From positions 1-37,528 of the forward strand of contig JAUQYZ020000176.1 in assembly GCA_030587475.2 (NCBI GenBank): a stretch of 37,528 nt of DNA, in the 5' to 3' direction. Both the position numbers and the translations under genes were made by a program. The DNA is from Candidatus Sigynarchaeum calidifontis. GTDB lineage: Archaea; Asgardarchaeota; Lokiarchaeia; Sigyniarchaeales; Sigyniarchaeaceae. The notes below the pieces were generated by a model. That model worked only from the letters and a program-made list of their open reading frames with translations. It ran no database searches and had not been told where the DNA came from. Position 1 is the stretch's first letter. Every line of letters starts with the position of its first letter. Below are positions 1 through 8,272 of the stretch, in pieces.

Positions 1-1
1 C

Positions 2-922
2 GGGGTTAACAGACACGCTCGGCGGGGGAACGAGTGCTGTGCCTGGAGGCAGCGTCGTAGGATGTCCCCCGATGGCGGGCGGGGGCGGGGGTGGCGTCGA
101 AAACGACGGTTTCTTGTCGCCAGGAAGGCTGGGCATTCCAGGGGGTGCTGGTGGACCCGAATGCGACATCCCCGGCGGGGATGGTGGTCCCGCGCGAGGC
201 ATGCTCGGTGGAGCGGGAGGGGCGCTCATCGATCCAGGCATTGCAATGCCCGCCGGAGGTGGCGGGGGTGGTGGAGAACGTTCCAGGATCTCGCATTTCG
301 CTTCCAGCTCCTTTATCCTTGAGGATTTCTCCTTCTCTGATTTGCGTGATTCGGCCAGTTCCTCCTCGAGCTCCTTGATTTTTTCACGTAATTCATCTGG
401 CTTCTCTTCTTCAATCTTGCGCTCTAAATTCTTGATGCGAGTCTTGAGCACGCGGATCTGTGAGTTGACAGTCGGGTCATCCCCGTTTTCATTGAATTGA
501 GAAAGGTCAAAATCCTTCTTCTGCTTGAGTTCCAATATTTCTTTTTTCTGGTCCTCGATCTTTTTCTCTAATTTCTTGTTTTGAGCATCGACCTTTTTCA
601 ACTGTTCAAGCGCTTCTTGGAGCTTGCTATTTTCTTCCTTCAAGCTCTTGACTTGGCTTTGGAGCTGCTCGATCTCCTCGCCGGTTCGCGCCGATGATCC
701 GGGTACCTTCGGGGCCAGAAAAGCCCCCTTGGCCAAGACCGTCAATTCCTTGATTTTCTTTTCCATCTCGGCGATCTTTGCATCTTTCTGCTCGATGACT
801 TGTTCCTTTTCCTTGATAGTGCTTTGGAGTTCTTCGATAACGCTTTTTCCCTTGGATTTATTCTCTTCGATCTCTTTCTTGAAACTGCTGAGAAAATCGT
901 TGCCTTCGCCTTCGCCGGACAT
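2..922 (-). CDS. Coiled-coil plus polyproline protein, C-terminus truncated by the window edge (not in the ORF track)
   Basis: Manual translation from ATG at 922 gives MSGEGEGNDFLSSFKKEIEENKSKGKSVIEELQSTIKEKEQVIEQKDAKIAEMEKKIKEL... An E/K/L heptad-rich region of ~215 aa is followed by SPPPPPPPAGIAMPGSMSAPPAPPSMPRAGPPSPPGMSHSGPPAPPGMPSLPGDKKPSFSTPPPPPPAIGG... No stop in 307 codons to the edge. Confidence 0.9.
   Translation of the reverse strand, partial: MSGEGEGNDFLSSFKKEIEENKSKGKSVIEELQSTIKEKEQVIEQKDAKIAEMEKKIKELTVLAKGAFLAPKVPGSSARTGEEIEQLQSQVKSLKEENSKLQEALEQLKKVDAQNKKLEKKIEDQKKEILELKQKKDFDLSQFNENGDDPTVNSQIRVLKTRIKNLERKIEEEKPDELREKIKELEEELAESRKSEKEKSSRIKELEAKCEILERSPPPPPPPAGIAMPGSMSAPPAPPSMPRAGPPSPPGMSHSGPPAPPGMPSLPGDKKPSFSTPPPPPPAIGGHPTTLPPGTALVPPPSVSVNP
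125..223 (-). repeat. Three degenerate 33-nt (11-aa) tandem proline-rich repeats inside the CDS
   Basis: APPAPPSMPRA (191-223), GPPSPPGMSHS (158-190), GPPAPPGMPSL (125-157). Confidence 0.75.
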
Positions 923-1074
923 GGAAAATCTCGACCAGATTTTTTATCGATATTGCTTTAATGGGAAATTAAATTTAAAACATTTTATTGGCATGCCGGT
1001 GGAAGCACAAAATTATACAAATCATTTTTTTTGCTCGGAGCCTTCTACCCTCATAAATCGGGCTGCATGGATAG

Positions 1075-2058
1075 ATGAAAAAACCATTCGATCTCGTCAT
1101 TCTTGGCCACATGGCCATGGATACTGTCATTCATGTCGAAAATGGGAAGCACAACGTGCACACGGTTAGTGCCGGCGGAGCCGTGACGTTTGGCGCCCTC
1201 GCCGCGAAAACGAGCGAGCCCTCGGCACGCATCGGGATCGGGTCGAAGATCGGCAAGGATTTCCCCGCGGAACTGCTTCAACCATTCAAGCAAAAGGATG
1301 TCGATCTCTCGTGCTTGCTCGTTGATAAGACATCGCCATCCACCCGTTTCGAGCTCGTGTATAACGCGGGCAAGCGCACGGTCTCTTGCCCGGCACGCTG
1401 CTCCGAATTACTGTTCGCTGAATTTCCCCCGGAGTTGTGGATGAGCAAACGGTTCCACATTGGTGCCATCTGCAGGGAGATCAGCTTGAAATTCATCGAA
1501 CAGATGGGTGAAACAATTGCGACACGAGTGCCCGTGGGTATAGATTTGCAAGGCGTGTTGAGAGACATCGATCCAAGCGGAAAGGTTGGCCTCTTAACGC
1601 AGCAAGAGGCCTTCGCGGCGACGCGCAGCATATACGACGTGTTCGGCGATCGGCTCGTCATCAAGGGCGACGATTTCGAATGCGCGGCAGTGAGTGGGAT
1701 CGATGATCCGGTCAAATGTATAGAATATTTCCTTGCAGAATTCAAAGAATCGACTATCTTGCTCACGCTCGGACGGAACGGCTCGTACCTGGGTAAAAAC
1801 GAGGGACGAAAGCCCGTTATCGAACGCATTCCGGCCTTCAAGCCTGCACAGATCGTCGACGAGACGGGGGCGGGCGACACGTTCCTCGTGAGTTTCTTGT
1901 CACGACTGAGCAATTCGGGCAGCTCGATAAACGCGTGCAAGGATGCCGCGCTGTTCGCGAGCGCGGCATCGTCTTTCCTCGTCGAGGCCACTCGTTGCCA
2001 GGGATTGCAATCATCGAAGGCCATCTTGGCGCGCGTGAAGCGAGCTGTCTACATGTAA
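1075..2058 (+). CDS. PfkB/ribokinase-family carbohydrate kinase
   Basis: N-terminal GHMAMD, AGGA, IGSKIGKDF, TLGRNGS and the C-terminal PfkB signature DETGAGDTF. Confidence 0.9.
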   Translation: MKKPFDLVILGHMAMDTVIHVENGKHNVHTVSAGGAVTFGALAAKTSEPSARIGIGSKIGKDFPAELLQPFKQKDVDLSCLLVDKTSPSTRFELVYNAGKRTVSCPARCSELLFAEFPPELWMSKRFHIGAICREISLKFIEQMGETIATRVPVGIDLQGVLRDIDPSGKVGLLTQQEAFAATRSIYDVFGDRLVIKGDDFECAAVSGIDDPVKCIEYFLAEFKESTILLTLGRNGSYLGKNEGRKPVIERIPAFKPAQIVDETGAGDTFLVSFLSRLSNSGSSINACKDAALFASAASSFLVEATRCQGLQSSKAILARVKRAVYM

Positions 2059-2078
2059 TCAAGAGAAGTGTAAAGATC

Positions 2079-2735
2079 ATGCATCTCAACGCGCACCTCG
2101 CATTCAGCACAGTCGTGACGCTGTTATTGGCCAGTATATTACCTGTCCAGTTGTCTTTCCTAGAAGTTGCTGTTTGCATCGCTGCGGGCTTCGCAGTCGA
2201 CGCAGACTTCGTTCTGGTTCGATTCGCGAAGTATAGAAACCACAGATACCTGCTCACGCATAGCATGTTTTTGCCTTTCATCCTCGTCGTTCTCTCCGTG
2301 TGCTTGCTTTTCCTTATCCAGGGAACTTCACTCGCCTGGACGTCATGGATATGTGCCGTGAACGTCCTTATACACGATATCGTGGACTCCATCGACTGGG
2401 GCTTGAACTTCTTTGCGAATGGCAAGATCGTGGGCATGAGGATTCTTCTTGGCGGAAAAACACCCGAAGAGTTCTATGCCGAGGCAAGAAGGGAGGCACC
2501 CATATTCGCGGCTTTTTACAAGGTTTATTATGGTAGCGCGACCATGCGAACACTCGAAGCGATCGCGGCCGCGGCGATGTGCATCGCCCTCGTCATCTCG
2601 TGGCCTGGCATGGGACATGACCATTGGTGGACCATCCTGGCTTATCTTGGATTCCTTTGCTTCCATATTGTAGAGTATTACAGGGGTTTGCACCCGAAAC
2701 ATTCATCGATTGCTCGAACTGGGGCTCGTCGATAG
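2079..2735 (+). CDS. Membrane-bound metal-dependent hydrolase (YdjM/LexA-regulated-like)
   Basis: Start reassigned to ATG 2079 (MHLNAH). Motifs H..H, DAD, HRYLLTHS and HDIVD lie among hydrophobic helices. Confidence 0.75.
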   Translation: MHLNAHLAFSTVVTLLLASILPVQLSFLEVAVCIAAGFAVDADFVLVRFAKYRNHRYLLTHSMFLPFILVVLSVCLLFLIQGTSLAWTSWICAVNVLIHDIVDSIDWGLNFFANGKIVGMRILLGGKTPEEFYAEARREAPIFAAFYKVYYGSATMRTLEAIAAAAMCIALVISWPGMGHDHWWTILAYLGFLCFHIVEYYRGLHPKHSSIARTGARR

Positions 2736-2851
2736 GTAGAGAATACCGATCTGTGCACGATATTGGCGTTGGGTGAACGCCGGGTTAACGTTTTATTTTA
2801 TGGTCGCCATATGTTTATGCAAGCGAGGCACCAGCGCCCAGAGGCATCTAG

Positions 2852-3346
2852 ATGAACAAGCTCGGATTGGTCACCGGATTCATTCTTATACCATTCTTGT
2901 TCTTGATGTTCATGCCGTGGGGGAAATCTGTCCTACCGCTCTATCTGTTCGATACGGGAACGCAATTCGTCGGGATCTGGGGAATAACCCCCGACGAGAT
3001 GACGATGCCTCTCAACATCAATTACTGGTGGTTCGCCACGACGGAACCAACGCGGATCTTGTGCGGAGCCATCTTCTGGTTCTTCACGCTTTTTGCGATG
3101 TTCTTGTCCTTTGTGGGCGCAAAGCAGCCGGAAGAACGCAGCAAGAAAATGTACATTGCCGCTTTTTGTCTCTTGATCGTCGTGTTAATGATGCTCTTCA
3201 TCGACGCGCTCGCGTTGGGATCCTTGTTCTTGTCCCACAGATATTCCTTCTTCGAATTCGTGGCGGGATGTGCCCCGGGCTTTTATATTTTCATTGGTAA
3301 CACGATCTTGATCTTTGTTGCGGCGATCACCTACAAGGAGACGTGA
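2852..3346 (+). CDS. Four-TM membrane protein (claudin/PMP22-like topology), paralog of the next gene
   Basis: Four hydrophobic segments; loop after TM1 contains PW-x17-GIW; last TM begins APGFY. Confidence 0.8.
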   Translation: MNKLGLVTGFILIPFLFLMFMPWGKSVLPLYLFDTGTQFVGIWGITPDEMTMPLNINYWWFATTEPTRILCGAIFWFFTLFAMFLSFVGAKQPEERSKKMYIAAFCLLIVVLMMLFIDALALGSLFLSHRYSFFEFVAGCAPGFYIFIGNTILIFVAAITYKET

Positions 3347-3352
3347 AACGAC

Positions 3353-3820
3353 ATGGCAAGCCACGGCGTTCGGAAACTCGGGTTGATCACTGGTATTTTC
3401 ATGCTTTTATTCTTGTTCATCGAAACCTTCTTGCCCGTCGACCTCTACATCGTGGCGATGCCCTCTAGCACGGGAGGTGTCGTTAAATTCTATTCGTGGG
3501 GCTATGTCGATGGCACGATGGCCGTGAACATGCTCACGCTCCCCATCGAGAGTGCCCCGATCGCGTGGGTCACGACGGTCTTTTTCTTCGCCGCAGCCGT
3601 CATGACCATTGCCGCATCGACCCCTGGATCGATCTCGGCCAACTCGAAGCGCTTGTTTGCGATCTCGGCGACTTTTTGCTCAGCTCACGTGCTGGTCTAC
3701 GTTTTCATGCTAGCCTTGTCCCCCGTTGCGCCGCTCTTTTTCACGCTGGCAGGCCCCGGGTTTTATAGCTTGCTGGCGTTCGTGGCATCGAGTATCATTT
3801 CATGGGTCAAGGTGCAGTAG
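3353..3820 (+). CDS. Four-TM membrane protein, paralog of the previous gene
   Basis: Shares KLGL.TG (TM1), WG in loop 1, SK(K/R) before TM3 and PGFY at TM4 with 2852..3346; 6-bp gap between the genes. Confidence 0.8.
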   Translation: MASHGVRKLGLITGIFMLLFLFIETFLPVDLYIVAMPSSTGGVVKFYSWGYVDGTMAVNMLTLPIESAPIAWVTTVFFFAAAVMTIAASTPGSISANSKRLFAISATFCSAHVLVYVFMLALSPVAPLFFTLAGPGFYSLLAFVASSIISWVKVQ

Positions 3821-3890
3821 GAGTGCAGCAGGCAGCAGGGAGATCGATCATGCAAATGGTCTGACCCCGGTTTTTCCTTGGAAAATCAAC

Positions 3891-4397
3891 TTATTGCAAT
3901 GGCAAGTCTTGCTGGGAGCGCGCTGCTTTTTGCAATTGCACGCGCTCGAGCGTGTTGTTGAGCAGGCTATGATGCTCCTCTTGCGAGATGGAACCATCCA
4001 TCTCCGTGACCACCGCCCGCAAGATGCCCATGTATTCATCCTTCACGCGCCAGGCCGAATCGACGGGGTCGCCATCCAAGTTGCTTTTCGTCGCGCCCGT
4101 CTCGAAGATGACTTGACCGACGCTTGCTTGCAAGGCATTGAGTGCCATGCCCACGCCAACGAGACCGATTGGCCGCTGTCGCTTGGCGATTCGCCAGAGC
4201 GACGTGAGATCGTGCCAGTCGCCGTCGACCAGCGCTTTCAAGAGATGATATCGAGCCTTGTCAGTCTGGAGTGCCAGTTTGATCTGGTCGAAGACTTTCA
4301 CTGCCCACGGCCGTCCCGACGAGTCGTCGCCGCGATCGGCTATCGCGCTCGGTACTAGCAAGCGATCGTCTTCATCCATGTGCCATCTACCATCCAT
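3891..4397 (-). CDS. Hypothetical protein, possible winged-helix fold (alternative start 4379)
   Basis: RYHLLKALVDGDWHDLTSLWRIA...VGMALNALQ...IFE...WRV resembles a wHTH pattern; the ORF fills an otherwise empty interval. Confidence 0.65.
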   Translation of the reverse strand: MDGRWHMDEDDRLLVPSAIADRGDDSSGRPWAVKVFDQIKLALQTDKARYHLLKALVDGDWHDLTSLWRIAKRQRPIGLVGVGMALNALQASVGQVIFETGATKSNLDGDPVDSAWRVKDEYMGILRAVVTEMDGSISQEEHHSLLNNTLERVQLQKAARSQQDLPLQ

Positions 4398-4629
4398 TTA
4401 AATTGAACGATCCTCGTGGATCGCTTATCGATTCCTTCGTCTGCCTTCATTTGCTCCGCTATCATCGGGATGATACGATCGAGATGCTTGCCTTGTTCCC
4501 CGCTATGACTTCTAAGAAAAGTCACGCAGTAATTGCCTTTTTCATAGCAAAAACGAGGTTAAAAGATAGCAAACCATTAAGAAAAAGGGAAAAATTCGCG
4601 GATATGGTCGATTATATCGATCATTTCGA

Positions 4630-4896
4630 TTATTTCGAACGCAGCTCGAAGATGATCGTCCCGTTGGGGATGATGAAGGATTCCTTTTTCTTGATGACGA
4701 CCGTGTGGAAGTATTCAGCCAGCCCCAGGAAGCCCCGGATGACCGACTCGTCCTCGTCAAACTCGAAGGTGAGCACGACACTGCAACGGGACTCGTTCAC
4801 TTCGATGCTCTTGTACACGCGCTCGTCTATCAGCGGGATCTTCAATTCGTTGACGATTTCATAAGTTCGTTTGAGAAAAAGTTCTTTCTTTGCCAT
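4630..4896 (-). CDS. Small hypothetical protein (88 aa)
   Basis: Globular alpha/beta-like composition, ATG start, TTTATAA box 26 nt upstream. Confidence 0.8.
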   Translation of the reverse strand: MAKKELFLKRTYEIVNELKIPLIDERVYKSIEVNESRCSVVLTFEFDEDESVIRGFLGLAEYFHTVVIKKKESFIIPNGTIIFELRSK

Positions 4897-4922
4897 TTCT
4901 CTCGCCTTGCGATGTAGTCACG

Positions 4923-4929
4923 TTATAAA
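4923..4929 (-). promoter_or_regulatory. Archaeal TATA box for the 88-aa gene
   Basis: TTTATAA on the minus strand, 26 nt before the ATG at 4896; this spacing fits a leaderless or short-leader archaeal transcript. Confidence 0.55.
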
Positions 4930-5048
4930 TGATGCGTCGATACTTAATATTCCCATCTCTGCTATTTAATATTTTTATGTGTCGCCCGTGAAGAAATGGT
5001 CTCCAGGCCACTCCGCGCCGCGACTCGCAATTTGCGTGCAGCGCCGCG

Positions 5049-5915
5049 TCACGCCGGTTGCCAAACCCGCACCCAATCGACCTCGTAGTAGGCGGGCCAC
5101 GCGGTGCTCGCGTCGGGCGGGGCAGCCCAGCCGCCGACGGCGAGGTTGATGATGATATACTGCGCTTGCAACTGGGCGATGGTCGCGGGGTTGGAATACG
5201 AGTACACCTTGGCGTTGTCGAAGTACCAGGCGATCGAGTCTGCGGACCACTCGACCCCATAGACGTGGAAGCCCTTGGACATGTCGGGTAGCAGGTCGAT
5301 GGAGTCACCGCTGGACCGGTGGGCGTTCGCCTCGTCTCGATAGTGAAACGTGCAATATAGCGTGCGTGGCTTGTTTGAGAGCCACTCGTGAATGTCGATC
5401 TCGGGGGGCCAGCCACCCGCCTCGTTCAGGGTCCAGAACGCGGGCCAGAAGCCGGTCGGCCCTTCGGGAAACTTCATACGGGCCTCGAAATAGCCGTACT
5501 TGGCCGAGAACTTGCCCATGGTGTGGATGGCGCCCGCCGTGTAGTTGTACGAGAGGTAGCCCCACCCGGTCTCCTCGGGCGGTGGCGCGGATGGATGGCG
5601 GCGGTCCTCGCCCACGATGCGGAGCAAGCCTCCCTCGACGAGCACGTTCTCCTCGGCCATATAGGCCTCGTGGTTGTGCGTGTGGCCGCCGTGCGGCCAG
5701 TCCACGGGATAGTTGTAACTCCACCTGGACAGGTTAAGGCTCGTTCCGTCAAAATTATCCTCGAAGATAATGCCCCATCGGCCTTGATCTCGCAGCGGGC
5801 CTGGCTTCAAGCTGACCGACGGGATAGCACCCGTGGCGACGAGCGCCGTGCAAGCGCCGCCTGCAAGCAAAAACGCCGCGAGGATGTTCTCGATTTTTGT
5901 CGTGATATGCACCAT
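5049..5915 (-). CDS. Glycoside hydrolase family 16 (laminarinase/beta-1,3-glucanase-like), secreted or membrane-anchored
   Basis: FEDNFDG, YGYFEARMK, GFWPAFW, catalytic EIDIHE, FHVYGVEW, INLAVGG, VDWVRVW; N-terminal hydrophobic stretch after the ATG at 5915. Confidence 0.93.
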   Translation of the reverse strand: MVHITTKIENILAAFLLAGGACTALVATGAIPSVSLKPGPLRDQGRWGIIFEDNFDGTSLNLSRWSYNYPVDWPHGGHTHNHEAYMAEENVLVEGGLLRIVGEDRRHPSAPPPEETGWGYLSYNYTAGAIHTMGKFSAKYGYFEARMKFPEGPTGFWPAFWTLNEAGGWPPEIDIHEWLSNKPRTLYCTFHYRDEANAHRSSGDSIDLLPDMSKGFHVYGVEWSADSIAWYFDNAKVYSYSNPATIAQLQAQYIIINLAVGGWAAPPDASTAWPAYYEVDWVRVWQPA

Positions 5916-6076
5916 ATCGCGCACTTCGCGTCGAAAATCAAACGACCATATATTTGCCAAGACCTACCATTATTATATCGTTCTTTCGTAACAAAAAGAC
6001 TTTTTCAAGCAATTGAAAAAAGAAGAAGATATTGTACTGATTTTTTAGGGGCTTTTCCCGCTCTTCCCGAGCACTT

Positions 6077-6574
6077 TTAATGGTATCGTTCCTTCGTGCC
6101 CAGCAGCCATAGCATTCCTAACGCCGCGAACACGACCGAGATGAACGAGATGTACCACGGCCAGCTCATCCACAACGCAGCGGTCAACGCCGACCCGTTC
6201 ACGAACTGCGTGATGACATAACCGCCCGTCGTTACCAGGATCATCGACAATACAACCAGGGCTTGTCCCCAAGCCCACTCTTGCTCTTGAAACATGCCCA
6301 CGCCCGCGATAAAAGCCCAGGCACCCATCACGAGTCGGACGAGGGCCGAATCACCAAGCAAGCTCTGGAAAGCTTGAGTTCCTTCACCGGTTCCCAAGCC
6401 ACCAAGGTTCACGAGAATCCATTCGGGGATGGTCGAGGAGGGATCCCAGGCAAAATAGAGCGCCACATAATATAAAACGCCTTGAAAGATGAACAATCCT
6501 CCGACGATGATCAAGAAGATGTTCAACAATTCATTGCTATCCTTAACTTCTTTCTTTTCTTTCTTTTCCGCCAT
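6077..6574 (-). CDS. Four-TM membrane protein of unknown function
   Basis: Charged N-terminus (MAEKKEKKE), four hydrophobic helices, GVGMFQEQEWAW motif. Confidence 0.8.
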   Translation of the reverse strand: MAEKKEKKEVKDSNELLNIFLIIVGGLFIFQGVLYYVALYFAWDPSSTIPEWILVNLGGLGTGEGTQAFQSLLGDSALVRLVMGAWAFIAGVGMFQEQEWAWGQALVVLSMILVTTGGYVITQFVNGSALTAALWMSWPWYISFISVVFAALGMLWLLGTKERYH

Positions 6575-6949
6575 TATGAACACCCGAAACTGGAGAATCT
6601 ATTCCGAGATAGGACAGCGATCTTCAAACATTCAACATAACTTTTCGCTGCCGTATCTTGAAGAAATAGTATCGCCTCCAACTATTTGAATCTGACGCGA
6701 TCAATCCATCGATTGAACCCGACATGACGTATCGTGACGAATTTTGGTGATCATCTCGCATGTATGAACTTCATTGGAACAAGGACAAGTTGCCATGATA
6801 TTTTTCACCCTTTGCCTTGTTGCTTTGGCTAAAAGCGGGGCCGCAAACCCCTCGACGTAAGTTTTTTTACCCGGCGAATAGTTGATGTCAATCGACCGCT
6901 GCCGGATCTCTATCCGATCGAGCAGTATAGACCCCCCGAGCAAGCTGCT

Positions 6950-8254
6950 ATGAAGCATTCCAAGAAAAAAACGCACGTGCTGGCGTTGAGGAACTCGCTG
7001 TCGCGCATCTGGGCGCTGCTCCGCAACGAGATAGAGTCCTTGCTGAAAGACAAGCAGAGCCTCCTCATCATCTTCCTTTTACCAATTGCCGTAATGATCC
7101 CGTTCAAGTTCGTGGATCTGGGTGGAAAAGACATGGGCAGCATCAACGTGTTCCAAGGCGACGGCGTGCAAAGGATCGGCGTGCTCGATTTCGACACGAC
7201 GGACGACTGGCCGGGCATGCCGCCCATCCCGGGCGCGGTCGAGGAGGACTTGTCGGTCAACTTCTCGCGCACGCTCCATTTCATCATGTCCTACGGGTCG
7301 GGCGCGCTCAGCGCGGTCGACAATGCAACTGAGGTCTTGCAAGAGATCAACGGCTGGTTCGCCAATTACCCGAACGGGACGTTTTTCAACCAGACCAGCA
7401 CGGATGTCGAGCTCGTCCAGCTCGTGGATCGCAAGCAAGGGCTCGACTTGTTGGCAAATGGCGGGATCATCGGTTTTCTCATCATCCCTTACGGCTTCGA
7501 GCGCAACATCACGAATCGCGTTCCCGCGCAGGTCACGCTCGTCGACGACGCGACGGAAACGGGCATGGCCGCGACGCTTGTCGCCAACCTCGAGCTCGCG
7601 ATCGCGGCTTTCAAGCTCGTCCACAACCTGCTGCGTGACGAGATCTTCCCTATTCCCCACGTGATCGGCAAGCCGAGCGATTCCCCGCTGTTCGATGGTG
7701 GTCCCTTAATCTTCGCTCTCTTGATCTTCGGCTCGGGCATCTTGCTAGCATCGCAATGCATCGTCGGGGACGAACCACTGCGCCGCACGCTACTCACGCC
7801 CGCCGGCAAGCTCGAGGTCATCCTTGCCAAGACGGGTGCCCTTTCTGCCATTCACGCGGTCCAGATCCAGCTCTTGTTGCTCGTAGCCATGTTCGGCTTC
7901 GATCTCCCGGTGCTCGGCAATTTCCACGTGTCGTTCCTGATTCTCTTCATGGACGCGTTCACGGGGGTCATGATCGGCATGTTCATCTCGGTCATTTCCA
8001 AGACACGACTGCAGGCCAACCAGTTCTTTTTGCTCGTGTTCATCGTTTTCTTGCTCGCGCTCATTTTCATCACGAGCGACGACATCAATCGCTGGATGCC
8101 CATGTACCAGGGCGTCGACGGGTTCACGACCTACGCGTACAAGGGGTTCGACTTCTCCCTCCAGCCGTGGCCCATCACGTCGATGTGCATCTTATCGGGG
8201 ATCTTCCTCGTGGCCACGATCGTCGCCTTTTATTTCAAGAAGACCGTCGAGTGA
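6950..8254 (+). CDS. ABC-2 type (YhhJ/NatB-like) exporter permease with a large extracellular domain
   Basis: N-terminal TM (IIFLLPI), extracellular domain with LIIPYGF, LRRTLLTPAGKLEVILAK motif and five further TMs. Confidence 0.88.
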   Translation: MKHSKKKTHVLALRNSLSRIWALLRNEIESLLKDKQSLLIIFLLPIAVMIPFKFVDLGGKDMGSINVFQGDGVQRIGVLDFDTTDDWPGMPPIPGAVEEDLSVNFSRTLHFIMSYGSGALSAVDNATEVLQEINGWFANYPNGTFFNQTSTDVELVQLVDRKQGLDLLANGGIIGFLIIPYGFERNITNRVPAQVTLVDDATETGMAATLVANLELAIAAFKLVHNLLRDEIFPIPHVIGKPSDSPLFDGGPLIFALLIFGSGILLASQCIVGDEPLRRTLLTPAGKLEVILAKTGALSAIHAVQIQLLLLVAMFGFDLPVLGNFHVSFLILFMDAFTGVMIGMFISVISKTRLQANQFFLLVFIVFLLALIFITSDDINRWMPMYQGVDGFTTYAYKGFDFSLQPWPITSMCILSGIFLVATIVAFYFKKTVE

Positions 8255-8272
8255 GCCTACCCCGCGGCGCGC

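Noticed and set aside
39-500. Plus-strand Gly-rich/Ser-rich ORF (and 624..1169)
   Set aside because: Antisense shadows of the polyproline/coiled-coil gene; the poly-Gly simply mirrors poly-Pro codons.
1935-2078. 48-aa N-terminal extension of the membrane hydrolase in the ORF track
   Set aside because: It overlaps the PfkB gene; family motifs begin at MHLNAH (ATG 2079).
6584-6949. Intergenic region with small hairpins (AAATAGT...ACTATTT; GGGG...CCCC) and a 91-aa minus-strand ORF; considered as tRNA or ncRNA
   Set aside because: No cloverleaf, T-loop or other RNA-family signature. It is most simply a divergent promoter region, and the ORF has no supporting features.
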